A stretch of DNA of 55,724 bases, from assembly GCA_038087875.1 (NCBI GenBank), contig JAXLNO010000424.1, forward strand, positions 186,001 to 241,724. Direction: 5' to 3'. Source of the DNA: Malacoraja senta (taxonomy: Eukaryota). Position 1 is the stretch's first letter; the number at the start of each line of letters is the position of its first letter. Positions 10,430 to 21,545 of the stretch are shown piece after piece. Both the position numbers and the translations under genes were made by a program. A model generated the notes under the pieces. It did not search any database and was not told where the DNA came from. It saw only the letters and a program-made list of their open reading frames with translations.

Positions 10430-13400
10430 TCATGTTTTTGTTGGTGCTGTTTGAGCATAGATGACAGATGACTCGTCTTCCTTTGAAGAAACAAGGTTCT
10501 GAAAGAGAAAGAAATACCAATTGTATTTCAGACCGTTGCTGTTGTCCCTGTTTAGATCAGTAAACAGATTACAGCTTTAATTCATACTTGTACGATCTGG
10601 GATTTCAACAACAAGAATCAATATACTTACAGTGCCTGATGCTTGATTGGAGGACTGTGTATTATCGCTGTTGCCTGTAATAAATGCAAACATCACAATT
10701 AAAAATGACACTGGTGGATTATGTTGACAAAGGAAACGACAAATGGAATATAAAAGTCTAAAGCTTACTACATTTTGCTCTTTCTGACAGTACATCAACA
10801 AGACATTGAATTCCAGAAAACCCATCTGTCATCTGTATGCTCAAACCTCTGCATTTACAGTGAGCTGCAGGAATGGTCAGCATGAACAAGACACCCTTAT
10901 ATTGCTACGGAAGGAATCGACTATGAATAAGAGAACTAGCGCAGCAATTGACAGAGCAGCAGCCCTGGCAGTACATAAGCTACGAAGCTGCATCTGTGGC
11001 TGGGAAAAGATAACATCAGAGAAGGGTCTCAAGATCCACCAGGGCAGGGAAAAGTGCCTGGGAGAGCTTGGTGAGGGGCCTCGCATTGACCATTACCTTC
11101 TAAGAGGTAGGTCAAATCAGTCGAGTGAAGCCCAGTGGCAGGTTAACCACCACAGTCCACAGGGTATCAGCACCCCCAGGCAAAGCTCAACCAAGTACTG
11201 TCCCACCAATGGACACGAGTCCAGAGCCCAACCAGCCACAGTCAGCGGTAGAGAGGAAGATGGAAGGATAAAAGCAGAATGGAGCAGTCACTGACTGTGG
11301 CTGAAGAGAAAAGATGCTGTCTGGGCTGCCACGTGACCATCTAGAGGCTAACCATAAGACACACACCCAGGGCTGATCACCCTGCGGTGGGCCTGCCTCG
11401 ACTGAGGGTGTCTTGTGATAAAAGGCCGAAACACCCAGTGATGTTGAGGTACACAACTGAAGATGTGTCTGATTGGTAGCAAAATCACCTCGTGGTCTCC
11501 CCCAAGAATATTGGGTGTCAGTTGTGGTGAAGAAACTTAGGGATTGTAACATCCATTCCTACTAATCAAAATCAAAAATGTGTAATTCAAGGAAGATTGT
11601 GCTGATCACTTCTAGCTCAGTCAGGAGTTGTGCAGAAGAATGTTCTTCAGATGGACATAAATGGTGTCTTGGTTTCACTTCTCATCACCAACGACAATGC
11701 ACAACAGTGTTGTAACAGCAGTCTGGATGTCACTGGTTGGATCTCTGGAGTGGCTATTGTACCCATTCAGAGTAGGCTAGGGGACCAGAACCCACTTAGA
11801 GTAGGTTAGGGGACCAGAACACGCTCCCTGTAGTTTAGGGGACCAGAACACACTCCCTGTAGTTTAGGGGACCAGAACACACTCGGAGAAGGTTGGGGAG
11901 GCTGAACCCACCCAGAGAAGGTTGGGCTCCTAACTGAGCCTCAGCTGACTGTCCCACTTCATGTCGAAGGACAGAGTGAGGGACTTTATCCCAGGAATGC
12001 CTGATGCTGTTGTAAGGTGGCCAAAGACAGCAGGGTTTCAGACTACTCAGTACCAATAATCCTCACTGTGATAAACGTTTAAAACATATTTAAATAAAGT
12101 CATTTTACCACCAGATGCTTTTGGCTGGAAGGAGATGGATCCATAATGAATACCTTCCTCTGTATCTGTGGAAATAAGTTGGAAACAAATAATTTATTTG
12201 TATTTGATAAAGGATGATTTTAGTCAATGCAGGGTCACGATACGAAACGCTGATCATCGCTTTCCCTCCATAGATGCTGCTCGACCCATAGAGTACCTCC
12301 AGCAGTTTGAAAAAACCCTCCATGAAAAGTCACATCTCTAAACCTCCTTATTCTGACTTCTTCCTGGGATGGTGGAAATTACAAAGAGAATTTGGGTTAA
12401 TTTGGCTTGTGGAGTTTAGAAGAATGACAATGGTTCTCGTGGAAACATAGAAACTTCCAACAGGTAGACCAGTCTGGATGGAGGAAGATGTTCCCTGTTG
12501 GGGAAGACCATGACCAGGCGTAAAGGTTTAAGACATGAGACAATAAGGATGAAGATGAGGAGAACAAAGAATCGGTTACATTCTCTACCACACATTTGTC
12601 TGGAGCCAAATCATTCAGTACATTTTAGTAGTTGTTGAATTTATTGACAAATACACAACAATGGCGAGGTACAGGTACAATGAAAATGTTGCCTGCAGCA
12701 GCATCAGAGGCATTTTGACTAAGGCAACACAACACATAAATGAAGCATAAATTACAAAGACCACAGGTTAGTGGAAAAAAAGACTGCAAAACACAAACTA
12801 GAGACCAGTCATATGTGGACTAAGATCAAGGAATATGGGGAGATATGATCAGCTGAGGTTCAGTTTAGTTTATTGTTATGTGTGCCGAGGTTCAGTGAAA
12901 AGCTTTTGTTACATCAGCAGAAAGACAATATATGAATACAATCGATCCCTTTACAGTGGAACACAGTGGAATACAATTGATCTACACTGTGGAACAAGGT
13001 TAGGAATTGATATTTTTCTCATTAAAACATGGGCAATGTCTGATTTATTGAAAGGTTCCTTCAGATTTTTCAAGAAAGATTTCTCTGTTCATCAGATTCA
13101 TCAGAAATGTCTAAATTCTGGCAAAAACAATACTGTCCACCATTTGACCACCAGGGTGATGGCTCGAGTCCCCCGACCGAGGAAGAACACAAGTGAAGGA
13201 CTTGAACTTTATTTCGCCTTCCATCACAGTGAGGAATGTGTAGGAGTCACTGTGGAGGATGTTCATGTTAAAATGTGTTTTTGTGTCTGTTGCTTTTTAA
13301 TTGTATGACTGACCTGGCCAGTGAAATTCCTCGTATGTTGCAAAACATACTTGGCGAATAAAATCTGATTCTGATTCTGATTCCGTCTAAGGTAGAAACA

Positions 13401-14958
13401 AAGAACTGCAGATGCTGGTTAATACACAAAGGGACACAAAGTGCTGGAGTACCTCTGCAGGTTAGGCAGCAACTCTGGAGGACATGTATAGGTGAAGTTT
13501 CGGGTCGTGACCCTTCTTCAGACTCAAAAGAAGGGTCTCGATCCGAAACATCACCTATCCACCATCTATTAATGATGCTCAAACCATTCTGAAATGTTGT
13601 TGTTATTTTCACTTTAGAATAAAATCTGAACTAGTGGCAAAGTGAATTGGAGGCATTTAATGCTAGATGATATTTTGTGAAAGGGGTGGTGACTTTTGAA
13701 AGGGCAAGTGTTGTTCATTCTTTAGAGAGCCACTAACCAAGCTGTTAATCAGGATCAACAATAAATTAGGAGTGTGAATATGTTGTTCATGGTGATGTCT
13801 CAACATTCATGGGTTGACCATGATAGTCCAGTGAACATTAGTCAATTGACCAATGCAGAGTAAGACCTGCAGTTGGATGACGAAGATTGGGACTGAGGGG
13901 TGAATTGACAGAAGAGAGACTGTTGAATTGATCAATTAGTTTGTGTGCTTGAGGTTCCCTTCCTCACATTCTTGTTACAAAACTGTGAAATGTGAAATAG
14001 GTTGCTTCATCAAATACAACACCTCTACAACTAGAGATTCATTGACTGAGTCATCTATTTACCTTCTTGCTTTGTCTTCCTACTCACAGACATATATTCA
14101 GTAACACGGCTCATCTCAGGTACTGGGGTCACATTAATTTCTGGAAAATAAGTATTATTTTCTGATTAAGACTTTAATCCGGCTTGATTTTAAAGAAGCA
14201 GCAATCCAGTGTTTAAACTGTACCCCATTAATAATGAGATCGACCAGAATGACCAGGAACATGGCTTCAGATGTATGTCAGAGACATTTAATGGTGGGAT
14301 AAGACCATGTGTATAAAATCAGAGTCCATGGAAACACAGTGTTCCCTAAATTATGACCATATTAGGATGGTACACAAGGCAAAGTTTTCACTTTAAGTTT
14401 GAACCACCAAAGTGCAGTGGAGATACCTTGGTCTCCTGGTTTCCTGGCCAATATTCATCCCTCAGTAAATAGGATCATATTGAGGGCAAATTGGAGACCA
14501 TATTTTCTACATGACTACAATAGCTATACTTCAACTTCTGGCATGTTTATTTGATAATGGTTTACACAGGGGATGGTGACACAATCACCACGTGGTCAGA
14601 TCATTGCAGAACAGCACCTGAAATCATACAGCAGACTCCCCATGGCAACGCAGGTAGACAATCCACATTGCATAAATAATGCTTTAATTGAACACAAAAA
14701 GTCTGAAATTAATTTCTCAACAACATAAGCACAAACAGATACTTTTCTTATCCAATATATATTGTACTTTTCTCCTTGTTACAGAGATAACATTGTCATT
14801 GATAATTTGGATAATCTGTGCTGCATTAAGGATGTCATCATGTACTTTACCTGTAGGCTTGCGCTTTCTTTGACACCACACCACTGCCAGTATAATGACG
14901 ATGAGAACAGCCAGACTCCCGATAATTCCAACAATGATTTATCCAAAATGGTGATTCT
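10430..14958 (-). pseudogene. 3' half of a type I transmembrane immunoreceptor with ITSM/ITIM tail (CD22/Siglec-like); in-frame TAA just before the TM
   Basis: Five AG/GT-bounded, phase-compatible exons: 14958-14851 (NHHFG*IIVGIIGSLAVLIVIILAVVWCQRKRKPT), 14140-14063 (EINVTPVPEMSRVTEYMSVSRKTKQE), 12165-12109 (DTEEGIHYGSISFQPKASG), 10674-10631 (GNSDNTQSSNQASGT), 10498-10430 (NLVSSKEDESSVIYAQTAPTKT*). Confidence 0.8.
10870..11470 (+). mobile_element. Internally deleted HERO/R2-like restriction-endonuclease LINE
   Basis: N-terminal CICG..ITSEKGLKIHQGREKCL finger joined to a C-terminal LWLKRKD segment (about 11295) and a gagggtgtc..ccgaaacaccc..ctgaagatgtgtc 3'UTR. Family assigned from recall. 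Confidence 0.55.
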
Positions 14959-16128
14959 CTGTCAAAATAATTAACACAGAGTTCACATTTGTAGAATAAA
15001 TGGACATTATTCCAAAGCTCCCCCAAAGACCAGGCATTAACCACACTGACTAATTTAGATCAGAAGTCTTGAGTTTAACTTGTGATCCAGATTCACTGAG
15101 ACACAAGGTACTGCAGATGAGAGTTTACCAATAAAAGACACAAAGTGTTGGAGAAACTCAGCAGGTTAGGCAGGTGACATTTCAGGTCGCAGCCCTTTAG
15201 TCTGAAGTAGGGTCAAGACCCAAAACCTCACCTATGCATGTTCTCCAGAGATTCTGCCTGACCCGTTGAGTTACTCCAGCACATTGTGTCTTTTTTTTCC
15301 AGATTAATTGACCTTCCACAGAAAGATCAGAGAGCCACAACTTGCCTCAGTAGCCATCAGTTAGAGACTGTAAACATTCACACAAGTTTCTATTTCTTGG
15401 TTACAATTAGCTGACATTTCTCAGGCAGGAGATGGGAGCTGATGGTTGGTTGATAAAGTAGCTGATTCAGCTGTGATACTTCCCACTGTATAGTGGACAA
15501 ATGTCTATCATAGTCTAAGCCTGGAACAATGGTTGAATGAGCACTGCTGACAACAGAGTGGATATTGCCCTCCAGCTTCAATCCTCTCTAACCAGGAGCA
15601 CAAGAACTGTAAACGTTAGAAATACTAGTAAGATTAAACGAGAACTTACCAGTTTGAAGTTTGATCTGTATTTTATGAGGAGTTACGATGAGGGATTACG
15701 TGAAGAGCCCGCTCAGCACGCATGCGCGACATTCTTCAAAGCAGCGGTGTGGAATCACAGGAAACACAACAATTGAAATAAACATAGTAAAGAAAAAGGA
15801 GAACTAAGATACCTGTTGATCTATATATTTGAGGGTGGGAGCGGAGGGCACGTAATCCCTCATCGTAACTCCTCATAAAATACAGATCAAACTTCAAACT
15901 GGTAAGTTCTCGTTTAATCTTACTATTTTACTTCGGAGTCACGTGAGTGACTTCGTGAAGACTTCAAAGCTCTGTGATTTCAAACCGTGTAACAGTTCAT
16001 ACTTCACTCGCTGCCGAAGTGTTTCAAGGGAGGAAGTATGTTATCGTAATGAACCATAAATCTGTTTGTAAACAATAATGGTATTTATTAAACAATAACA
16101 AAAGACAAAATGCTCCCCCGGGCTTAAA

Positions 16129-17106
16129 TTATATATTTGCAGATTCTAAAATTCTTTCTGCAAATAATACAGGTTCTGCTAACGGCTTATTGTAGAACGT
16201 TTGGAACGTTTTCTCCGTGGACCACCCCGCTGTAGCCAGGATGTGGTTCAGTGGTACGTCCATCCTTTTAGCCGCCGATGTGGATGCTGCCCTAGTGGAG
16301 TGAGATGTATACACGTCAGTGTCCACTCCAGCAGCCCCAAGTACCTGCTTTAGCCACCTTGAGATGGTTTGGCTCGACACCCGACCATGTGGTTGTTTAT
16401 GGCTGACCCATAAGGCTTTTTCTCTCCCTCGGGAATTGCTTGTTGTGTCGATGTAAGTCAGTAGGTGAGTCATGACACACAACCGCCTGTCAGGTGGGTA
16501 TGCCCGGAAATCCATAACTAGGCCTGAAGTTCCTGGCCTGCTCTGCTTTACCAGCTCCTGAATTATGAATGATACCCGGTCAGGTGTTATAACCATGTTG
16601 TCCAGTCGCAGTAAGTAGAGGGACTGGACTCTTTGTGCTGATACTAGTGCCATCAGCATGACCGTTTTCAGGGTTAGTTGTTCTAGAGTGAGGGACCTGG
16701 CTGGTGACCATCCCCTTAAGTATGTCAGGACCACACTGACATCCCAGATTCTGGTGTATCTAGGTCTAGGGGGGTTAGAGTTGAATATACCCCTCATGAG
16801 TTTAATCACCAGCGGGTGAGACCCTATAGCCTGTTGTCCTGGTATTGGTTTTAAGTAGGCTGACAGAGCACTTCTGGCTGTATTGATGGCGCTGTAGCTC
16901 AATCCTTCATTATGGTGAAGGCCAGCCAGGAACTCCAGTACATTGGTTATGGTTGCAGATGAGTACGTTGTCCCAGTAGTCGAGCAGTATGTTTCCCACT
17001 TCCTGATGCTCGACAGGTATTGTTTCCTGGTGGACATACGGTGGGACGCTGTCATCGTGTTGATGGTCCTGTCAGACAACCCCAGGCCCAGCAGTGGTCT
17101 TTTCAT
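16129..17106 (-). CDS. DIRS tyrosine recombinase
   Basis: SAQRV (catalytic R), HSTR (HxxR), AGWS (W) and FQTFY (Y) lambda-integrase fold motifs. Confidence 0.95.
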   Translation of the reverse strand: MKRPLLGLGLSDRTINTMTASHRMSTRKQYLSSIRKWETYCSTTGTTYSSATITNVLEFLAGLHHNEGLSYSAINTARSALSAYLKPIPGQQAIGSHPLVIKLMRGIFNSNPPRPRYTRIWDVSVVLTYLRGWSPARSLTLEQLTLKTVMLMALVSAQRVQSLYLLRLDNMVITPDRVSFIIQELVKQSRPGTSGLVMDFRAYPPDRRLCVMTHLLTYIDTTSNSRGREKALWVSHKQPHGRVSSQTISRWLKQVLGAAGVDTDVYTSHSTRAASTSAAKRMDVPLNHILATAGWSTEKTFQTFYNKPLAEPVLFAERILESANI

Positions 17107-19055
17107 AACCTGCAACCCAGTAGGGTAATTTTGTCATGGCATGGATGACTTATGCCTGATACAGGGTGAGTCAATAGGTCTGGGCTACTGGGGAAGGTCA
17201 TAGGAGGTTCAATGACCATGTCAAGGACCACTGGGAACCATGGCTGTGTAGGCCAGTCGGGTACTATCAAAATACCTGACGCAGAGTCCAGCTGTATTTT
17301 GCGTAGTACCCTACTGATGAGGCAGAAGGGGGGAAAAGCATAAAAGAAATAGTTTCCCCAGTTCAGCGCGAATGCATCTATCGCTACTGCCTCAGGGTCT
17401 GGTTCCCAAGCGACATACATTGGTACCTGGTGATTTAGCCGGGAGGCAAAGAGATCGATATCTGGTTTGCCATATTGCTTTATAATTTTTGCAAAAGCTT
17501 TAGGATGTAACATCCATTCGATGTTATCATTGAATTTGCGTGACCTGGTGTCTGCCACTGAATTTAGTTTACCTGGTAGGTAAGTTGCTGATAGCCAAAT
17601 ATGTCTATCGACACACCATTGCCAGATTTGGTTGACCAAATTGTCACATGATATCGATTTTATTCCGCCCATATGGTTAATATAGGCCACCACCGTGGTA
17701 TTGTCAATTTGTAAACGAACATGCAAATGGTGCATATCGATAGAATACGCTTTTAAACCATAAAACGCACCCAACATCTCCAAGTAATTTATGCCCAGTG
17801 TTTGTAGTAATGATGATTCTATGTTAGTCCATCTACCACCTGCGCTGGATATGGTATTAGTCGCTCCCCAGCCTTGAGCACTGGCATCTGTTTGTATAAT
17901 TAACGTTGGGTTATTGATGATGATAGGGCTGGAACTATGCCAAATGTGTTCTATCCACCACTGTAACTCTGATATTGCTTCAATGGGTAATCTCATGGTT
18001 CGGTCAAAGTGACCTGCATGTCGTTTCAACGCCTGTACTTTTGCCCTTTGTAGGTTTTGATAGTGCAGGGGTCCAAATTGTGTAGCTGGAAATGCTGCTA
18101 CCATTTTGCCAATTACACTTGCCACTTGTCGGATGGTTGGTCGATTGCTGACCATTAAATTGTTGCACGTCTGTGCCAATTGTGCTGCTTTAATTTTTGG
18201 CAACGTTACAGACATGTGGACTGAGTTAATTGTGAATCCCAGATAGTCCATAGTTGTGGATGGCGTCAACTTAGATTTATCTGGATGGATGACAAACCCC
18301 AGGGTTTCAAACAATTGTTTGGTAGCTAATACAGCTGATTTAGCCAACTTCATGGTTTTGCCTACTATTAGTATATCATCAAGATATGCCATGACAATAT
18401 GTCTTTGTTTTCTTAATGTTGCCAAGGCTGGTTTTAATATCTTGGTAAATAGTCTTGGGGCTGATGTTAACCCATTAGGCAACGCTTTATACTGCCATAG
18501 TTGCCCCATCCAGGTAAATTTTAGGTATCTCCGATGACCCTTATGAATGGGTACTGAATAGTAGGCATCTTTTAAATCGATGCTTGCCATAAAGTATCCT
18601 TTAGAAATCAGTTGTTTAGCAGTTACAAATGTTTCCATTTTGAAATGTACATACTTAACAAAGATATTTAGGGAGGTTAAGTCAATGAGGATGCGACATC
18701 CACCATCTTTTTTGCTTTTTGTAAATATATTTGAAACAAATTCCAAAGGTTCATGTTTGCATTTCTCAATGACACCCTTTGTAAGTAACCTCACCAGTTC
18801 TGCTTGAGCCTCTAGTTTCTCTTTGACTGAGAGGGTAAAGACCCTTTGGGGTACGTGCTGAACTGGTGGCATGTTTTCTTGAATGAATTCTATTTTATAT
18901 CCCGTAATACTGTTAAGTATATAACTATCATTCGTGAGACACCTCCATGCGTCAATGAACAGGTGTAATCTCCCCCCTGTTAGTACAGTCCCCCCACTTT
19001 TTATATGCTGGTAGGAACCAGACCCACCTACCTCCATAGTTATAGGAGTGTTCAT
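17103..19055 (-). CDS. DIRS reverse transcriptase / RNase H / methyltransferase-like domain
   Basis: IDLKDAYY, LPNGLTSAPRLFTK, YLDD; RNase H TDAS..GWG, INYLEM, IDNTT; C-terminal DLFASRLN and YAFPPF. ORF is open from 19124; the ATG at 19055 overlaps the ORF1 stop. Confidence 0.95.
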   Translation of the reverse strand: MNTPITMEVGGSGSYQHIKSGGTVLTGGRLHLFIDAWRCLTNDSYILNSITGYKIEFIQENMPPVQHVPQRVFTLSVKEKLEAQAELVRLLTKGVIEKCKHEPLEFVSNIFTKSKKDGGCRILIDLTSLNIFVKYVHFKMETFVTAKQLISKGYFMASIDLKDAYYSVPIHKGHRRYLKFTWMGQLWQYKALPNGLTSAPRLFTKILKPALATLRKQRHIVMAYLDDILIVGKTMKLAKSAVLATKQLFETLGFVIHPDKSKLTPSTTMDYLGFTINSVHMSVTLPKIKAAQLAQTCNNLMVSNRPTIRQVASVIGKMVAAFPATQFGPLHYQNLQRAKVQALKRHAGHFDRTMRLPIEAISELQWWIEHIWHSSSPIIINNPTLIIQTDASAQGWGATNTISSAGGRWTNIESSLLQTLGINYLEMLGAFYGLKAYSIDMHHLHVRLQIDNTTVVAYINHMGGIKSISCDNLVNQIWQWCVDRHIWLSATYLPGKLNSVADTRSRKFNDNIEWMLHPKAFAKIIKQYGKPDIDLFASRLNHQVPMYVAWEPDPEAVAIDAFALNWGNYFFYAFPPFCLISRVLRKIQLDSASGILIVPDWPTQPWFPVVLDMVIEPPMTFPSSPDLLTHPVSGISHPCHDKITLLGCRL

Positions 19056-20296
19056 TGCTTCTGTTTCTTCATCCGGCGTTGTACTACTGGATGTCCTGTT
19101 GGTTGGGGGTGGCGCATTTTCCATGGGGTCCGCTCTGGGCCCTGGCCTAAAAAAGGCTTCCGGGGATGGAATGCGGACCCCGAGCTTTCACCAGTCCGGA
19201 ATGTTTGTCTTCGACTGGTGGACGCGGTGGGGTACTGCCGTCTGGGTTGTGTGGGCCTGCTCGTTCCGGGGCCTGCCCTCATGAGGCCAAATGCTTTGGT
19301 CTCTTCCTCCAGATCTTTTACCTGTTTTGGTAAGTCCTTCCCGAATAACAGGATCTGTGGCTCTGAGGCCGGTGTTTTACACAGTCCTGCATACCGGGGA
19401 TTGAGGGCAGGTCTTATTATCTCCTTGCGGAGGTTGTTGATTTCGTATTGGGTGTTGCACAGCAGAGCTAGAGTGTCTTGCTGGTTTGTGGTCATATCCA
19501 CCCCATCCACGGAACGAGCATATGATGTTATCCCTGTTGTGAGGAGCTTGAGGATCCGTTGTAATTTTATCTCCTGGCTCCGAATAGTCTGTCCAACATA
19601 CCCCCAGATTTGGCTGTTAACAGCTGGTACATTAAGCGAACTGCAGTTCTCCGGAGGCGAGTAGAGTTCTAGTGCCTCATTCAGTACCTGATCTTGTAGG
19701 GGTTTGAGGGACAGGTGGTTGATGCTGGCCGCCAGTTTTGGCTCCAATGGCCGCCCTGCTCGTGGTGTAGCCACGTAGCGAGTTACAACACCCAGCAGCT
19801 CTTCCTGATCCTGTACCCCAAGCATACTCCCGACATCTTCAGCCACGGACCCCTGATCCTGACCAGCCCAGCCCTGGTCGCCAATGCTGCCCTCATCTGA
19901 GGGAGAAGCAATGGCCAGTGCATTATAAGGTACTGCTGTGGGAGTGCCTGATCCCCCTGTGCGAGACTGCTCCAGCTCCCGAAGCAAGTCTCGTTGGAGC
20001 AGTTGCTCCATGAGCCTTTCCATTCGGCTCAAGCGGCTAGTTCTGCCACTCTCAGGCGGACCCTCCTCATCGGAGTCAGACATAACCGGCCGGTTTGTTT
20101 TTTGCCTTACTTTTCCTCCAGCCCGCTGCCGCTCATCAGGCTGCGCTAGTGGCACTGGGCTCGGCTCGGTCTCGATGAGGGTGGACTGCCGCATATGCGG
20201 TCCAGGTGCCGCCTCTCGCCCCCCACTGATGAGACACTCCCGTTCCGTTGGAGTCGAACTGGGGGCGGTTTTCTTTGCTTGCCGTGATTTACTCAT
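19052..20296 (-). CDS. DIRS ORF1 (gag-like)
   Basis: 414-aa ATG-started ORF with PENC..L.VP.VN..IW and R...IRPALNP.Y..LC...LFG.DL segments typical of DIRS ORF1. Confidence 0.85.
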   Translation of the reverse strand: MSKSRQAKKTAPSSTPTERECLISGGREAAPGPHMRQSTLIETEPSPVPLAQPDERQRAGGKVRQKTNRPVMSDSDEEGPPESGRTSRLSRMERLMEQLLQRDLLRELEQSRTGGSGTPTAVPYNALAIASPSDEGSIGDQGWAGQDQGSVAEDVGSMLGVQDQEELLGVVTRYVATPRAGRPLEPKLAASINHLSLKPLQDQVLNEALELYSPPENCSSLNVPAVNSQIWGYVGQTIRSQEIKLQRILKLLTTGITSYARSVDGVDMTTNQQDTLALLCNTQYEINNLRKEIIRPALNPRYAGLCKTPASEPQILLFGKDLPKQVKDLEEETKAFGLMRAGPGTSRPTQPRRQYPTASTSRRQTFRTGESSGSAFHPRKPFLGQGPERTPWKMRHPQPTGHPVVQRRMKKQKQ

Positions 20297-21459
20297 TTTC
20301 CCCTGGAATTACAGAGCAAAGCAAGCTTCTATTACGACCTCAGAGTAAGAACTTACCTGATGGTCCGCTTTTTAAACTTGTAGCGGGAGCGCCTGTACTC
20401 CCGTTCGTCGCTGTTGCACTGCGTGAACGCTAATGTCGCGCATGCGTGCTGAGCGGGCTCTTCACGAAGTCACTCACGTGACTCCGAAGTAAAATCAGCC
20501 GTTTTAGCAGTATCCGTGGAAAGGGAAAGAAGTGACTTCATATTTTATGATGAATAAAACGTTGTCAGATTCAAAGAAAGGATCTTTGACAATAGACAAT
20601 AGGTGCAGGAGTAGGCCATTCAGCCCCACGAGCTAGCAACTACATTTAATTGGATCATGGCTGGACTTTGTTCCTCTTTCACAGTTCCTATCTGTCCTGC
20701 TGATTATTATTATTATTTTTAATTCGGATTTTCAACTCCTAAAATAAATTTTGGTCTTCAAGTACTAAAACTGTACAGTGCATGTAACCATTGCCTACTG
20801 ATGTCAATGAGGTTGAACACATTATTATTGCAATCCTAATGACCACATCTTCATGTGTTTTTAGTGTAAAATTGGAGATGGTTGATCCATGCATTAATTC
20901 CACACACCAACTAATCTATTCACTCACTGATTGTTATCGCCTGCCCTTTAAGAACAGCTCAACACCCAAAAGCATCAGTCTGCAATGAGGCCAAAGGATG
21001 GAGAGGCTGGTGTGCGTGACCCTTGTAAAATAAAGTTCAACTTCAGTTCTGCTCCATAGCGAGACTGTGCTAGATGAGCGTACATGGGGAGGCTTCTGCT
21101 CAGCCGGGAGCACAGATTTCCAATCTGGGAGGTGGGGACACCACAGTGGGGTGGGTGTGGTGGGGGTGGCCTCTCCCTTGGTGCAGCGGTTGACGGAGCA
21201 GGGTTTTACTGGAACTGAGGCACAGGCAGAGGACAACCAAAGTCTTCATTCCTCAGTGGACCCTCAGCTGACTGTAGTCAGAGCCCTGTTGTCCTCTCCC
21301 ATGGGGAGACTGCTGCTAGCCAGGAGTAAGGATTAATAACACCAACCTTAAGCACACAGTGACCATCAGGGAGCAGGTTGCTGTGTTCAGTCAAATAATC
21401 ACATCAGATGGTGCATTGAAGCAGTTGAATCGGCAAGTCAAACTGTAAACATGTCACAA

Positions 21460-21509
21460 AGTGAGAGACGGAGAGAGATGGAGCGAGAGAGAGAGACAGA
21501 GAAAGAGAC

Positions 21510-21545
<36 letters not shown>

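Larger units (their letters stand above)
15626..20494 (-). mobile_element. Full-length DIRS1-type tyrosine-recombinase retrotransposon
   Basis: ITRs 15699-15733 and 20432-20466. Internal complementary region 15849-15961 is the reverse complement of 15626-15702 joined to the reverse complement of 20459-20494. Three open ORFs. Confidence 0.95.

Noticed and set aside
11770..11885. Short ttaggggaccagaac tandem repeat resembling telomeric TTAGGG
   Set aside because: Ordinary ~25-30-bp minisatellite, not a TTAGGG array.
16129..17115. Phage integrase or bacterial contamination
   Set aside because: Recombinase is embedded in DIRS ITR/ICR structure with RT.
20500..21450. Search for Ig ectodomain exons of the receptor
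   Set aside because: No C-W-YxC Ig pattern recognised here or in other unique stretches.
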